DNA of 64,000 nt from Candidatus Fervidifonticultor secundus. GTDB lineage: Bacteria > Sysuimicrobiota > Sysuimicrobiia > Sysuimicrobiales > Humicultoraceae. Below, one piece after another: positions 37,929 through 48,215 of this stretch. The notes beneath the pieces were generated by a model. It was given only the letters and a program-made list of their open reading frames with translations, was not told the origin of the DNA and ran no database searches. The DNA is taken from contig JAVKIP010000001.1 of NCBI GenBank assembly GCA_031459385.1, forward strand, positions 96,001-160,000. Direction: 5' to 3'. The translations under genes and the position numbers were made by a program. Every line of letters starts with the position of its first letter. The stretch's first letter is position 1.

Positions 37929-38525
37929 TTACAGATCGCGCCGGCCTTCCAGCGCCCGCGCCAGCGTCACCTCGTCGGCGTACTCCAGGTCGCCGCCCAC
38001 CGGCAGCCCGTGCGCGATGCGCGTCACGCGCACGCCCAGCGGCTTCAGGACCCGTGCCAGGTAGATCGCCGTGGCCTCGCCCTCGACGCGGGGGTTGGTG
38101 GCGATGATCACCTCCTCGATGCCCCCGGCCCGGACGCGCTCGATGAGCTGGGGGATCTTCAGGTCATCGGGCCCGATGCCGTCCAGCGGCGAGATCGCCC
38201 CACCCAGGACGTGATAGCGGCCGCGGAACTCCCGGGTGCGCTCCAGCGCCAGCACGTCGCGCGGATCCTCGACGACGCACAGGACGGTGGCCTGCCGCGC
38301 GGGGTTGGCGCAGATGACGCACGGGTCGACATCGGTGATCCCGAAGCAGACAGAGCAGTACCGCATCCTGGCCTTCACGTCGACGATGGCCTCGGCCAGC
38401 GCGCGGGCCTCCTCGGGAGGCAGGCGCAGGATGTGGAACGCCAGCCGCTGGGCCGTCTTGGGCCCCACGGTCGGCATCTTCGTGAGCTCGTCCAGCAACC
38501 GCTGCAGCGGTTCGGGGAACTCCAT
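37929..38525 (-). CDS. recR: Recombination mediator RecR
   Basis: [13 protein letters not shown]4 zinc finger, [18 protein letters not shown]. Confidence 0.97.
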   Translation of the reverse strand: MEFPEPLQRLLDELTKMPTVGPKTAQRLAFHILRLPPEEARALAEAIVDVKARMRYCSVCFGITDVDPCVICANPARQATVLCVVEDPRDVLALERTREFRGRYHVLGGAISPLDGIGPDDLKIPQLIERVRAGGIEEVIIATNPRVEGEATAIYLARVLKPLGVRVTRIAHGLPVGGDLEYADEVTLARALEGRRDL

Positions 38526-38546
38526 GCGTCGGCGGGCGCGGGCCGG

Positions 38547-38867
38547 CTACCGCAGCCGGCCCGGTAGCCCCAGGTCGCCGGTGACGGCTTTCATACGCGC
38601 CTCGGCCAGGGCCCGCGCGTTGCGCTGCGCCTCGGTCACCGCCGCCACCACCAGGTCCTGCAGAAGGGCGACGTCGGCGGGATCGACCGCCGCCGGATCG
38701 ATGGTCAGCGCCAGCAGCTCGCCGTGCCCGTTGGCCACGGCCCTGACCACGCCGCCGCCCGCCGAGGCCTCCACGCGCGCCCCGGCCAGCTCCTCCTGCA
38801 CGCGCTCCATCTCCGCCTGCAGCTTCTGGACCTGCTTCATCATCTTGCCCATGTTGCCCAGTCCCAT
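38547..38867 (-). CDS. ybaB: YbaB/EbfC nucleoid-associated protein
   Basis: MMKQVQKLQ, SAGGG.V, LQDLVVAA; dnaX-ybaB-recR synteny. Confidence 0.94.
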   Translation of the reverse strand: MGLGNMGKMMKQVQKLQAEMERVQEELAGARVEASAGGGVVRAVANGHGELLALTIDPAAVDPADVALLQDLVVAAVTEAQRNARALAEARMKAVTGDLGLPGRLR

Positions 38868-38896
38868 CGGCACCCTCCGTCTGCAGGCCGGCGCGC

Positions 38897-40753
38897 TCAG
38901 CCCGCTGGCCGCTCGTCGATGATCTCGGCGCCGAACAGCTCCTGGGCGCGCGCCACCAGCGCCGCCGCCTCAGGCGCCGCGGGGCCGTCGCGCCGCGGTC
39001 CCGCGTCCTCGGGTGGAGCCGACGCGTGGGACGGGGGCACGGCCTGGCCGGAAGGCGCCGGGATTGCACCGGCAGCCGACGCGCCGGGCGCGGCGCCTGC
39101 AGCCCCCTCGGGACCGTCCACCAGCCGGCACTGGAACCGGAGCGGGTACCCCAGCACCCGCTGCAGCGCCGCCTCCACGACGTCCCGGTTCTCCGGGCGG
39201 TGGAGGTTCTCGACGTGGAAGTTGTACGCCGAGCGCAGCGCCACGATCAGGGTACCGTGCTGGACCTCCAGCGGTGTCCCCTCGATCAACAGCGCGTGGC
39301 AGAGCATCTTCCGACGCTTGATGTCCTCGAGCACGCGCGCCCACTGCCGCCGGACCTCCTCGATGGTCACGGAGCGGGGGTCGCGGCCCTCCGGCACCCC
39401 ACCTCCGCCGGCCGCGAGGGCGCCTGTGGCCGGTGCGGCGGCCGGCGGGGCCGACGGCGGCGCGGGTGCGACGGCATCGCCTGCGGCCGGGCCTGTGGCC
39501 TCGTCGCGGGGCTGCGGGGAGGCCGGCGCGGGGCGCGATGGCGATGCGGGGCCGGCGGGCGCCGTGGGCCTGGACGTCCGTCCGGCCTCCTGCGCCGGCC
39601 CGCCGGCGCTGCGGCCCTCCAGGCGCTCCAGCCGGGCTACGACGCCTTCCAGCGTGGGGTCCATCTCCGGCCGGGCCAGCCGGATCACCGCCACCTCCAG
39701 CGCGAGCCGCGGCTGCGTGTTCCACCGCGCGTCTGCCACCGCCTCGTTGAGCACGCGCACCGCGCGCAGCAGGTCGGGAATCGCCACGCCGCCGGTCTGC
39801 GCCCGCAGGCGTGCAAAGCGCTCCTGCGGAGCGTCGAGGATGGCGGCCGCGTCGTCCCCGCACGTCTTCACCAGCAGGAGATCGCGCGCGTACTCCAGCA
39901 GCGTCCGCAGCAGCTGACGCGGGTCCTTGCCCGCGTCGGTGGCGTCCTGGGCCAGCCGCAGGGCTGCGGCCACGTCCCGCGCGATCACCGCGTCGACCAG
40001 CCCCGCGGCGGTCTCCTCGTCCACCAGGCCCAGGACACTGGTGACCAGGTCGCGGGCGATCGGCCCGTCGGCGTAGGCGCTGAGCTGGTCGAGGATCGAC
40101 TCGGCGTCGCGCACCGAGCCGTCGGCGCTGCGCGCGATCTGGACCAGCGCCGCGTCGTCGATCTCCAGGCGCTCCTGGCTCGCGATCGTCCGCAGCCGTC
40201 CGACGATCTCGGAGAACGAGACCCGGCGGAAGTCGAACCGCTGGCAGCGCGAGAGCACTGTCGGGGGGATCCGGTGGGGTTCGGTCGTCACCAGGATGAA
40301 CACCGCGTGGGCCGGCGGCTCCTCCAGCGTCTTCAGCAGGGCGTTGAAGGCGCTGGTGGACAGCATGTGGACCTCGTCGATGATGTAGACCTTGTAGCGG
40401 CTCTGGGCCGGGGCGAGGACGATCTTCTCCTTGAGATCGCGGATGTCGTCGACGCTGGTGTTGCTGGCGCCGTCGATCTCGATGACGTCCATGCTGACGC
40501 CGCGGGCGATGGCCTCGCAGGAGACGCACTGGTTGCACGGCGTGGGCGTGGGGCCCCGGGCGCAGTTGAGGGCTTTGGCGACGAGGCGCGCGGTCGTGGT
40601 CTTCCCCGTGCCGCGGTGGCCGGCGAACAGGTAGGCGTGGCTGGTCCGGCCCGCGCGGATGGCGTTCTGCAGGGTCCGCGTGATGCGTTCCTGCCCGACG
40701 ATCTCCTCGAACGTCTGCGGTCGCCAGCGGCGATAGAGCGAGACGTGGGTCAC
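38897..40753 (-). CDS. dnaX: DNA polymerase III subunit gamma/tau
   Basis: LYRRWRPQTF, GHRGTGKTT, IIDEVHML, SRCQ; GTG start 40753. Confidence 0.95.
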   Translation of the reverse strand: MTHVSLYRRWRPQTFEEIVGQERITRTLQNAIRAGRTSHAYLFAGHRGTGKTTTARLVAKALNCARGPTPTPCNQCVSCEAIARGVSMDVIEIDGASNTSVDDIRDLKEKIVLAPAQSRYKVYIIDEVHMLSTSAFNALLKTLEEPPAHAVFILVTTEPHRIPPTVLSRCQRFDFRRVSFSEIVGRLRTIASQERLEIDDAALVQIARSADGSVRDAESILDQLSAYADGPIARDLVTSVLGLVDEETAAGLVDAVIARDVAAALRLAQDATDAGKDPRQLLRTLLEYARDLLLVKTCGDDAAAILDAPQERFARLRAQTGGVAIPDLLRAVRVLNEAVADARWNTQPRLALEVAVIRLARPEMDPTLEGVVARLERLEGRSAGGPAQEAGRTSRPTAPAGPASPSRPAPASPQPRDEATGPAAGDAVAPAPPSAPPAAAPATGALAAGGGGVPEGRDPRSVTIEEVRRQWARVLEDIKRRKMLCHALLIEGTPLEVQHGTLIVALRSAYNFHVENLHRPENRDVVEAALQRVLGYPLRFQCRLVDGPEGAAGAAPGASAAGAIPAPSGQAVPPSHASAPPEDAGPRRDGPAAPEAAALVARAQELFGAEIIDERPAG

Positions 40754-40834
40754 GATACGGCACCTCGGCCCGATGTACTTCGGCGCGGCCCGGCGCCCTC
40801 CTTGCCGCGCAGGGCCATCCCCGCTACGCTCTGG

Positions 40835-41668
40835 ATGGTGCCTGCGGCGCTCTACCCCCTGCCGAATGCGACCGCCGCCACGGCCGTGCTGCTCGTGGCG
40901 GCCGCCGGTCTGGCGCTCCCTGTCTACCTGCTCTTCTACCGCCCGATCGGGAGCGATCGCATCTGGGGACTCGCGGAGATCGGCGCCATCTCCATCCTCT
41001 TCATGCTGACGCTGCCCATGGCGTTCGCTCTGGCGGGTGTTGCCGAGCCGCTGACACTCACCGACTTCAGCGCCGCGACTCTGGCGCAGAACGGCCTCTT
41101 TGTGATCCTGTCGGTCTACGTGGTCGCCGTCCGGTACCGGCTGGATCTCGGGCGCCTGGGCCTGCGGGTGGCTGCCTGGCCGCGCCACGCGGCGCTGGGG
41201 GCGCTGGTGGCCGGCCTGACCGTACCCATGGCGATGGCCGCCGAAGAGATGGCGGTCTTCGCGTTCGGCCTCGTGGAAGGCCCGGCCCGGGCCGCCGCGC
41301 GCGCCGCAGCGGAACATCTGGACGACCCGCTGCTGCCCCTGCTGTCGGCGGTGGGCGGGCCGGTCGAGGCGGCTTGGTTCCTGGCGCTGCTGGTGGTGGT
41401 CGTGCCCGTCGGCGAGGAGGTGTTCTTCCGCGGGTTCGTCTACGGCGCGCTCCGGGCCCGGTGGGGTGTGCCGGTGGCCGCGGCGACGAGCGCCCTGTTC
41501 TTCACCGCCGTCCACCTCCAGGTGGTCCACGCGCTGCCGATCTTCCTCCTGGGCCTGGTGCTGGCCGTGCTCTACGAGCGCACGGGGACGCTGCTCCCCG
41601 CGGTCATCGCCCACGCCGTGAACAACGTCGTCGCCGTGGTGGCGATGTGGCGAGGGTGGGGGTGGTGA
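40835..41668 (+). CDS. CPBP (CAAX/Abi) intramembrane metalloprotease
   Basis: EEVFFRG, FTAVH, AHAVNN; start uncertain. Confidence 0.85.
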   Translation: MVPAALYPLPNATAATAVLLVAAAGLALPVYLLFYRPIGSDRIWGLAEIGAISILFMLTLPMAFALAGVAEPLTLTDFSAATLAQNGLFVILSVYVVAVRYRLDLGRLGLRVAAWPRHAALGALVAGLTVPMAMAAEEMAVFAFGLVEGPARAAARAAAEHLDDPLLPLLSAVGGPVEAAWFLALLVVVVPVGEEVFFRGFVYGALRARWGVPVAAATSALFFTAVHLQVVHALPIFLLGLVLAVLYERTGTLLPAVIAHAVNNVVAVVAMWRGWGW

Positions 41669-41802
41669 GCCGGGGATGGGGAACGACGGAGCGTGGCCTG
41701 CGCCGCCCTGCGCCTGGGCGGTCTTGACAAGCCCGCGGGCAACATTCAATTTGTAGGTTTCGGGGAAGTCCTGCGCACTGGAAAGCCACGCGGAGGTGGG
41801 TT

Positions 41803-42975
41803 ATGCGGTGCCAGCTGGTAGTGACGGCGATCCTGGTTCTCGCCCTGAGCCTCTCCGGGGTCGCGGCGCCGGCCCCGGCGCCCACACCCGGCTATCGCGG
41901 CATCGCGCTGTCGACGTCGTATCCGGCGCAGACCGTGCGGTCGGGCGAGCCGGCGTCGTTGACGCTGACCGTCAAGAACTACGGCGAGCCGCCCCAGGTG
42001 GTCACCCTGCGCGTGGTGGAGTCGGCGCGGGGCTGGAAGGCCACGCTGCTGGGCGGTGGGCGGCCGATCGGCGCGGTCCACGTCGGTCCCGACCAGGAGG
42101 TCACGGTCACGCTGCGGCTGGAACCCCCGGCAGGGGCGCGTCCCGGGACGTACCGATTTCGGGTCGCCGCCGAGGGGCAGAGCGGCCGGTCCGACCTGCC
42201 CCTCCAGATCACCCTGGGACAGGTGCTGCCCCCGCGGCTCAGCCTGACGGCGGAACTGCCGGTGCTGCGCGGTCCTGCCACCTCGTCGTTCAAGTACCGG
42301 CTGACGCTGAAGAACGACAGCGATCAGGACATCCTGGCGAGCCTGGAGGCTGACGTGCCCAGGGGCGCGCAGATCAGCTTCACCCCGGCCTTCGGCAGCC
42401 AGCAGGTGACCAGCCTGCCGGTCAAGGCCGGGGAGTCCAAAGACCTCGACGCCGAGGTGACGCTGCCGCGCACCGCCAGCGCCGGCAGCTACCCGGTGAC
42501 GGTGCGCACCACAGGCGGCGGCGCGCGGGCGGAAGTCAAGCTGACGCTGGAGGTCACCGGCCGGCCCGACCTCTCCATCACGACGCCCGAAGGCCGGCTC
42601 TCGGGCAGCGCCAACGCGGGGCGCGATGCGACCGTGAAGCTCGTGGTGAAGAACACCGGCAGCGCGCCGGCACGCGACGTGGAGCTGTCGGCGTCCGAGC
42701 CCAGCGGGTGGAAGGTGACGTTCGAGCCGCAGCGGATCGACCAGATCCCGGTGAACGAGCAGAGGGAAGTGACCGCCACCGTCCGGCCGTCGGCCAAGGC
42801 CGTCGCCGGAGACTACATGGTCACGCTGCGGGCCAACGCCGGCGACGTCTCCACCTCGGCCGACTTCCGCGTGACGGTGCTGACGTCCACGCTCTGGGGA
42901 ATCGGTGGCATCGCCCTGGTGGCGGTGGCCCTGGCCGTGGTGGGGCTGGCAGTCTCGAGGTACGGGCGACGGTGA
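41803..42975 (+). CDS. NEW3/Ig-like repeat exported protein with C-terminal membrane anchor
   Basis: Signal peptide, three beta-sandwich repeats (KN.G...G.Y), C-terminal TM plus YGRR. Confidence 0.8.
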   Translation: MRCQLVVTAILVLALSLSGVAAPAPAPTPGYRGIALSTSYPAQTVRSGEPASLTLTVKNYGEPPQVVTLRVVESARGWKATLLGGGRPIGAVHVGPDQEVTVTLRLEPPAGARPGTYRFRVAAEGQSGRSDLPLQITLGQVLPPRLSLTAELPVLRGPATSSFKYRLTLKNDSDQDILASLEADVPRGAQISFTPAFGSQQVTSLPVKAGESKDLDAEVTLPRTASAGSYPVTVRTTGGGARAEVKLTLEVTGRPDLSITTPEGRLSGSANAGRDATVKLVVKNTGSAPARDVELSASEPSGWKVTFEPQRIDQIPVNEQREVTATVRPSAKAVAGDYMVTLRANAGDVSTSADFRVTVLTSTLWGIGGIALVAVALAVVGLAVSRYGRR

Positions 42976-43913
42976 GCGCACCCTCGCCGGTCATCGAAAC
43001 CCAGAACCTGACCAAGCGGTACGGTACGTTCACGGCCGTGGACGGCCTCACGCTGCGCATCCAGGCCGGCCAGGTGTTCGGGCTGCTGGGGCCCAACGGG
43101 TCCGGGAAGACCACCACGATCCTCATGCTGCTGGGGTTGACCGAGCCCACCAGCGGGACTGCCCGGGTGCTGGGCGAGGATCCGGCGCGCAACCCGCTGG
43201 CCGTGAAGCGTCGGGTGGGCTATCTGCCGGACTCGGTGGGATTCTATGACGAACTGACCGCCTACGAGAACCTGGCCTACACCGCCCGGCTCAACGGCCT
43301 GCGGGCGCGCGAGGCCGACCGACGTATCGCCGAGGTGCTGCAGCGCATGGGCCTGGGGGAGGTGGCCGACAAGGCCGTCGCGACGTTCTCGCGGGGCATG
43401 AAGCAGCGCCTGGGGCTCGCGGAGGTCCTGCTCAAGCAGCCGCAGGTGGCGATCCTCGACGAGCCCACGGCCGGCCTCGACCCGCACGCCGCCCACGAGT
43501 TCCTCGACCTCATCCGTGGGCTTCGGGTCGACGGGTTGACGGTGCTGCTGTCCTCCCACCTGCTCCACCAGGTGCAGGCCGTGTGCGACCGGGTGGGGTT
43601 GTTCAACAAGGGGAAGATGGTCCTGGAGGGCACCGTGGAGGACCTGGCCCGGCGCGTGCTGGGCGGCGCCTACCGCATCAGGGTCGAGGTCACGGGAGAC
43701 GACCAGCTGGACGCAGCGCTCGCGGGCCTCCCGGGCGTGGTCCGGGTGCGGCGCGAGCGACCGGGCCTCTACAGCCTGGATACGCAGACCGACCTGCGCG
43801 GGGAGGTGGCCCGCCGCATCGCCGGCACCCGGGCGAACCTCCTCGGCATCACCATCGAACAGCCCAGCCTCGACGAGGTATACGAGAAGTACTTCCAGGT
43901 GAGCGCGGCATGA
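42972..43913 (+). CDS. ABC-2 type ATP-binding protein
   Basis: [31 protein letters not shown] overlap. Confidence 0.92.
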   Translation: MSAPSPVIETQNLTKRYGTFTAVDGLTLRIQAGQVFGLLGPNGSGKTTTILMLLGLTEPTSGTARVLGEDPARNPLAVKRRVGYLPDSVGFYDELTAYENLAYTARLNGLRAREADRRIAEVLQRMGLGEVADKAVATFSRGMKQRLGLAEVLLKQPQVAILDEPTAGLDPHAAHEFLDLIRGLRVDGLTVLLSSHLLHQVQAVCDRVGLFNKGKMVLEGTVEDLARRVLGGAYRIRVEVTGDDQLDAALAGLPGVVRVRRERPGLYSLDTQTDLRGEVARRIAGTRANLLGITIEQPSLDEVYEKYFQVSAA

Positions 43914-44887
43914 TCCGGCGTGAAGGCGCCCCGCAGCGCGAGGGCTCGCCCTGGACTGGCCTGTGGGCCGTGGTCTTCAAGGAAATGGCCGACCACCTCT
44001 CCAGCGCGCGGATGCGGGTCCTGGAGGGGTTGATTCTGCTGACGGCTATCGGCACGGTCTACCTGGCGATCCAGAACATCCGGCAGACGATCGGCGAGGA
44101 CCCGTTCCTGTTCCTGCGCCTGTTCACCACGGCCCAGGAGCCGCTGAACTACTCGTTCGTGGCGTTCATGGGCTTCCTCGTGCCGCTGACGGCCATCGCC
44201 CTGGGGTTCGACGCCGTCAACGGCGAGTACAACCGCCGGACCCTGTCGCGGGTGCTGGCGCAGCCCATCTACCGCGACGCTCTGCTGCTGGGCAAGTTCC
44301 TCGGAGCGCTCTTCACCCTGACCATCACGCTCGCCGGCCTGTGGCTGCTGGTTACCGGTCTGGGCATCTACCGGCTGGGCGTGATTCCCAGCGGCGAGGA
44401 GGTCGCCCGCAGCCTGCTGTTCCTGCTGGCGACGGTCACCTACGCCGCCATCTGGCTGGCGCTGGCCATGATGTTCTCGGTACAGTTCCGCCAGCCGGCC
44501 ACCTCCGCGATGGCCGCCATGGCCGTCTGGCTGTTCTTCGCGGTCTTCTGGGACATCATCGCCCGCATCGTGGCGGGGATCGTGCGGCCCGTGCAGTACG
44601 GCTTCGGGGAGGAGCAGCTGGCGCAGGCGCAGCTGCAGCTGTTCCTCGCGCGCCTGTCGCCCAACACGCTCTACGCGGAGATGCTCCTGGCGTTCCTGAA
44701 CCCCCAGGTGCGGGCCCTGGGGCCCGTGCTCCTGGCCCAGCTCGAAGGGGCGATCCTGGGCACGCCCCTGCCGCTCGGGCAGAGCCTGCTGCTGGTCTGG
44801 CCGCAGCTCACCGGGCTCATCGCTGCCGTGCTGGTGCTCTTCGCGGTAACCTACGTGAACTTCCAGCGGCAGGAAGTGCGGGCGTGA
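43910..44887 (+). CDS. ABC-2 type permease
   Basis: [27 protein letters not shown] helices. Confidence 0.88.
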   Translation: MIRREGAPQREGSPWTGLWAVVFKEMADHLSSARMRVLEGLILLTAIGTVYLAIQNIRQTIGEDPFLFLRLFTTAQEPLNYSFVAFMGFLVPLTAIALGFDAVNGEYNRRTLSRVLAQPIYRDALLLGKFLGALFTLTITLAGLWLLVTGLGIYRLGVIPSGEEVARSLLFLLATVTYAAIWLALAMMFSVQFRQPATSAMAAMAVWLFFAVFWDIIARIVAGIVRPVQYGFGEEQLAQAQLQLFLARLSPNTLYAEMLLAFLNPQVRALGPVLLAQLEGAILGTPLPLGQSLLLVWPQLTGLIAAVLVLFAVTYVNFQRQEVRA

Positions 44888-44940
44888 GGGCGCACGGCGG
44901 TTCGACGACTGGCATGCTCCGTGCACACGGCACGCTGCGG

Positions 44941-45255
44941 CTACACGATCTGGTGCTCCTCGGCGAACATCGCGCCGGACTCGGCGCAGAAGTTCGTCAG
45001 GTCGATCATCACCTCGCGGCCAGCGGGCGTGGCGAGCGCGGCTGTGAAGGCCTCCTGCGAGTCGAAGTGCAGCTCCGCGATCCCCTGGACCAGCGGCTCG
45101 CCTCGCGGGGCGCCGGTGACGACGTTGACGGTGTAGCGCCGTAGCCCCTGGAGCCGCTCACGCACCAGCGGCGCGTGCACGTCGAGCCAGTAGCGCTTGA
45201 ACTGCTCGGGGCTCTGCCCGCTCTTGCCGCGCAGCCAGACCAGGACCTTGAACAC
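44941..45255 (-). CDS. EthD family protein
   Basis: F.RYW...HAPL, GIAELHFDS, D..NF; GTG 45255 after GGGAGGT. Confidence 0.82.
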   Translation of the reverse strand: MFKVLVWLRGKSGQSPEQFKRYWLDVHAPLVRERLQGLRRYTVNVVTGAPRGEPLVQGIAELHFDSQEAFTAALATPAGREVMIDLTNFCAESGAMFAEEHQIV

Positions 45256-45278
45256 CGCGCACCTCCCGTCCCGCCGGC

Positions 45279-46094
45279 TCAGGCCGGCGCCTTGCCACGC
45301 ATCTCGGCCACTGCGGCCGCGCCCATGACGTGGAAGCCGCTGTCCACGAACAGCGTGTTGCCGGTGACCGAGCGCGCCAGATCGCTGGCCAGGAAGACCG
45401 CCGCGTCGCCGACGTCCTCCTGCGAGATGTTGCGTCGCAGCGGCGCCACCTCCTCGACGACGTCGCGGAAGGCCGTGATGCCTCTGACGGCACTGGCGGC
45501 CAGGGTGCGTAGCGGGCCGGCAGAGATGGCGTTGACGCGGATGTTCGCCGGCCCCAGTTCGGCGGCCAGGTAGCGCACCTCGCACTCGAGGGCCGCCTTG
45601 GCGATCGCCATGACCCCGTAGGAGGGCACCACCGCCTCCACGGCGTTGTACGTCAGGGTCAGGATGGTCCCGCCCCCTGCGGCTTCCAGCAGTCCCCGTG
45701 CGGCGCCGGCCACGCGGAGCAGCGAGTAGGCGCTGATCTCCAGGGCCTGCGCGTAGCCCTGGCGCGAGATCTGGGTGAACGGCCGCGCCAGCTCCTCGCG
45801 TCCGGCGAACGCCAGGCAGTGGACCAGCACGTCGAGGGCGCCCCACTGCGCGGCCAGGCCTGCGAAGACCGCGTCGATCTGCTGGTCGCTCTGGACGTCG
45901 CAGGGGAAGATGGGGAACCGCTCTGCGCCGCCCAGTTCGGTGAGCAGCTCGACCAGGTTCTCCTTGAGCCGGTCGCTCTGGTAGGTGAACGCCAGCTGGG
46001 CGCCCTCGCGGTGGAACGCCCGGGCGATACCCCAGGCGATACTGCGCTTGTTGGCGACCCCCATGATCAGGGCCCGTTTGCCGTGCAGGAGCAC
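45279..46094 (-). CDS. fabI: Enoyl-ACP reductase
   Basis: GVANKRSIAWGIA, Y.VM..AKAALE, RVNAISAGPLRTLAA. Confidence 0.93.
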   Translation of the reverse strand: MLLHGKRALIMGVANKRSIAWGIARAFHREGAQLAFTYQSDRLKENLVELLTELGGAERFPIFPCDVQSDQQIDAVFAGLAAQWGALDVLVHCLAFAGREELARPFTQISRQGYAQALEISAYSLLRVAGAARGLLEAAGGGTILTLTYNAVEAVVPSYGVMAIAKAALECEVRYLAAELGPANIRVNAISAGPLRTLAASAVRGITAFRDVVEEVAPLRRNISQEDVGDAAVFLASDLARSVTGNTLFVDSGFHVMGAAAVAEMRGKAPA

Positions 46095-46291
46095 AGGACA
46101 CCTCGCCTCGTGGGGTGCAGACCGGGTTATCGGCTTCGGGATCGCCGGGCAGCGTCCCTCTCCAGTCTCGCCGCAGGTCTCGCGCGACGCGCGGGAGGAA
46201 GCCTCGGGCAGGCGGCGCGCCTGCGGTCGTGCCGGATGGTCCGCAGCCGCGCTCCGTCAACGCAGACGCGGCCTGCGGCGCGGGCGGCAGG

Positions 46292-46873
46292 CTACTTGTC
46301 GTACCACCGCCTGAGCCAGTCCCGCAGCATCGCGGCTTCCCGGCTCTCGGTCTGGACGATCTGCTGGGCCATGGCCCGCACCTCGGGGCGCGAGGCCTTG
46401 GTCACCGCCAGCCTGGCCAGGGCCACGCTGCCCTCCAGGTGGGCAGCGATCATCGGCAGGTAGACCTTCTCCAGGGCCGCGCCTTTCAGGCCGCGCACCT
46501 TCTTGACCGGCTCGGTCACGACGTTGGCGTTGCGCCGGCCGGGCGCGGCGCCAGCCGCCTGCAGCCAGTCCAGCATCTGCCGCACCTGACCGCTCTTGCG
46601 GTCGATCATGACCTGGTTCCACTGCAGCAGCTCGGGGTGGTCCGCGTTCAACGTCGCGGCCAGGGCGATCTCGATCGCCTCTTCGTGGACCGGGATCAGC
46701 TCGCGCATGAAGGCCACGTCGAACGTCGAGCCGTTGAGCTTCGACAGGGCCGCCACGGCGGGGTGAGGCGCGGTCCTGGCGGCGGTGGGCGCCGGGGCGG
46801 TTGCGGCCGGATGGGCGGGCGGGACCACGGCGAGGACGAGGGCGATGGCGAGGAACAGGCCGGTCACGCGCAT
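46292..46873 (-). CDS. DUF305 family exported ferritin-like protein
   Basis: Signal peptide; two repeats (FD..F...LIP.H..A and Y...MI.H..G...LA), I...E..E. Confidence 0.75.
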   Translation of the reverse strand: MRVTGLFLAIALVLAVVPPAHPAATAPAPTAARTAPHPAVAALSKLNGSTFDVAFMRELIPVHEEAIEIALAATLNADHPELLQWNQVMIDRKSGQVRQMLDWLQAAGAAPGRRNANVVTEPVKKVRGLKGAALEKVYLPMIAAHLEGSVALARLAVTKASRPEVRAMAQQIVQTESREAAMLRDWLRRWYDK

Positions 46874-47051
46874 GGCACACCTCACAGGAGAGAGTCACCC
46901 GCCCCCCCGGCAAGGCGGCAGTGCCGTCTGACTGTGTACCCACCTGGGCCGCTGCTTAGGCCAGTGCGGGGCCGGCACGACCGCGGCCCGGCGCGTGCGC
47001 GGGCCGACACGCCGACCCCAGGCGCCGCTGCCCCGATCCGTTGCGTGGCGG

Positions 47052-47891
47052 TTACTTCTCGATCGGCACGTTCACCAGGCTGCCGTACTCGGTCCACGAG
47101 CCGTCGTAGTTGCGCACGCGGGGATAGCCCAGCAGCTCCCGCAACACGAACCATGTGTGCGACGAGCGCTCGCCGATGCGGCAGTAGGCGATGACCTCTT
47201 TGTCGGGTGTGATGCCCTGACTCTCGTAGAGCGCGCGCAGCTCCTCGGGCGCCTTGAAGGTCCCGTCTTCGCGGAGCGCCATGCCCCAGGGGACGTTCTT
47301 CGCACCGGGGATGTGCCCGCCGCGCTGGGCGCCTTCCTGCGGCAGGTTCTCGGGCGCCAGCAGTTCGCCTGCGTATTCCTTCGGCGAGCGCACGTCCACC
47401 AGGCCGTGCCCTGGCTGGCCGACGCGCTGGAGCACGTAGTCGCGCAGGGCCCGGATCTCGGTGTCGGGCACTGCGGCGCGGTACCGGGTGCGCGGGTAGG
47501 CCGGCACCTCCCGCACGAGCGGCCGACCTTCGTCGCTCCACTTCTTGCGCCCGCCGTTCATGATCCGCACGTCGCCGTGCCCGTAGTACCGAAAGATCCA
47601 GTAGGCCCACGCAGCGAACCAGTTGTTGTTGTCGCCGTAGAAGACCACGGTGTGGTCGTTGCCCACCCCGGCCTCGCCCAACAGGGTCTCGAACTGAGCC
47701 TGCGACGGCAAATCGCGCCGCAGGGGGTCGGCCAGGTCGACTTTCCAGTCCAGGTTGAGCGCGCCGGGGATGTGCCCCTGCGCGTAGACCTCGCGGTCCA
47801 CCGAGACCTCGACGATGCGCAGGCCCGGATCGCGCAGGTGCTCGGCGACCCACCCGGTCTCCACCAGCACATCAGGCTTGGCGTATCCCAT
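47052..47891 (-). CDS. Tandem-domain rhodanese/thiosulfate sulfurtransferase
   Basis: GHIPGA twice, active site [18 protein letters not shown]. Confidence 0.94.
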   Translation of the reverse strand: MGYAKPDVLVETGWVAEHLRDPGLRIVEVSVDREVYAQGHIPGALNLDWKVDLADPLRRDLPSQAQFETLLGEAGVGNDHTVVFYGDNNNWFAAWAYWIFRYYGHGDVRIMNGGRKKWSDEGRPLVREVPAYPRTRYRAAVPDTEIRALRDYVLQRVGQPGHGLVDVRSPKEYAGELLAPENLPQEGAQRGGHIPGAKNVPWGMALREDGTFKAPEELRALYESQGITPDKEVIAYCRIGERSSHTWFVLRELLGYPRVRNYDGSWTEYGSLVNVPIEK

Positions 47892-47970
47892 CGCGATCCC
47901 CCCGTCGGTCTGTGCTCCACGCCTGCGCGACGCCCGGGAGCCCCCGGGTCCCTGCGCGGCGTCGGCGGGC

Positions 47971-48189
47971 TCAGCCGTCCACCGGCGTCGCCGCGGCGAT
48001 GTGGTGGTAGTGGATCGTCTGGCGCGCGCCCGGCGTCCCCTCGGGCTCGACGGTAACCACTGCGCCGTCCAGGGCGTCCAGCACGCCCAGCACGCGGCCC
48101 GTGACGATCGGGCCGCCCGGGGCTCCCGGCACCAGCGCCAGCGTCGCGCGACGCCCGACCAGTCGCTGCAGCTCCTCTCTGGTGACCAT
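47971..48189 (-). CDS. Small hypothetical protein (72 aa), possible Sm/Hfq-like fold
   Basis: GGGAGGGAGG RBS; helix followed by beta strands, [16 protein letters not shown]. Confidence 0.6.
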   Translation of the reverse strand: MVTREELQRLVGRRATLALVPGAPGGPIVTGRVLGVLDALDGAVVTVEPEGTPGARQTIHYHHIAAATPVDG

Positions 48190-48215
48190 GCCCTCCCTCC
48201 CCCGGCCGCGGCCGC

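Noticed and set aside
40754..40834. SRP RNA (ffs) upstream of dnaX
   Set aside because: The gap is too short and lacks the conserved helix 8 sequence.
38897..41749. 950-aa DnaX, or a gamma-producing frameshift/slippage site
   Set aside because: The N-terminal extension is antisense to the CPBP gene. No A AAA AAG heptamer or long A/T run is visible; the Pro/Ala region is an ordinary linker.
46874..47051. Riboswitch upstream of the DUF305 gene
   Set aside because: Only generic GC-rich hairpins; no aptamer consensus I can recognise.
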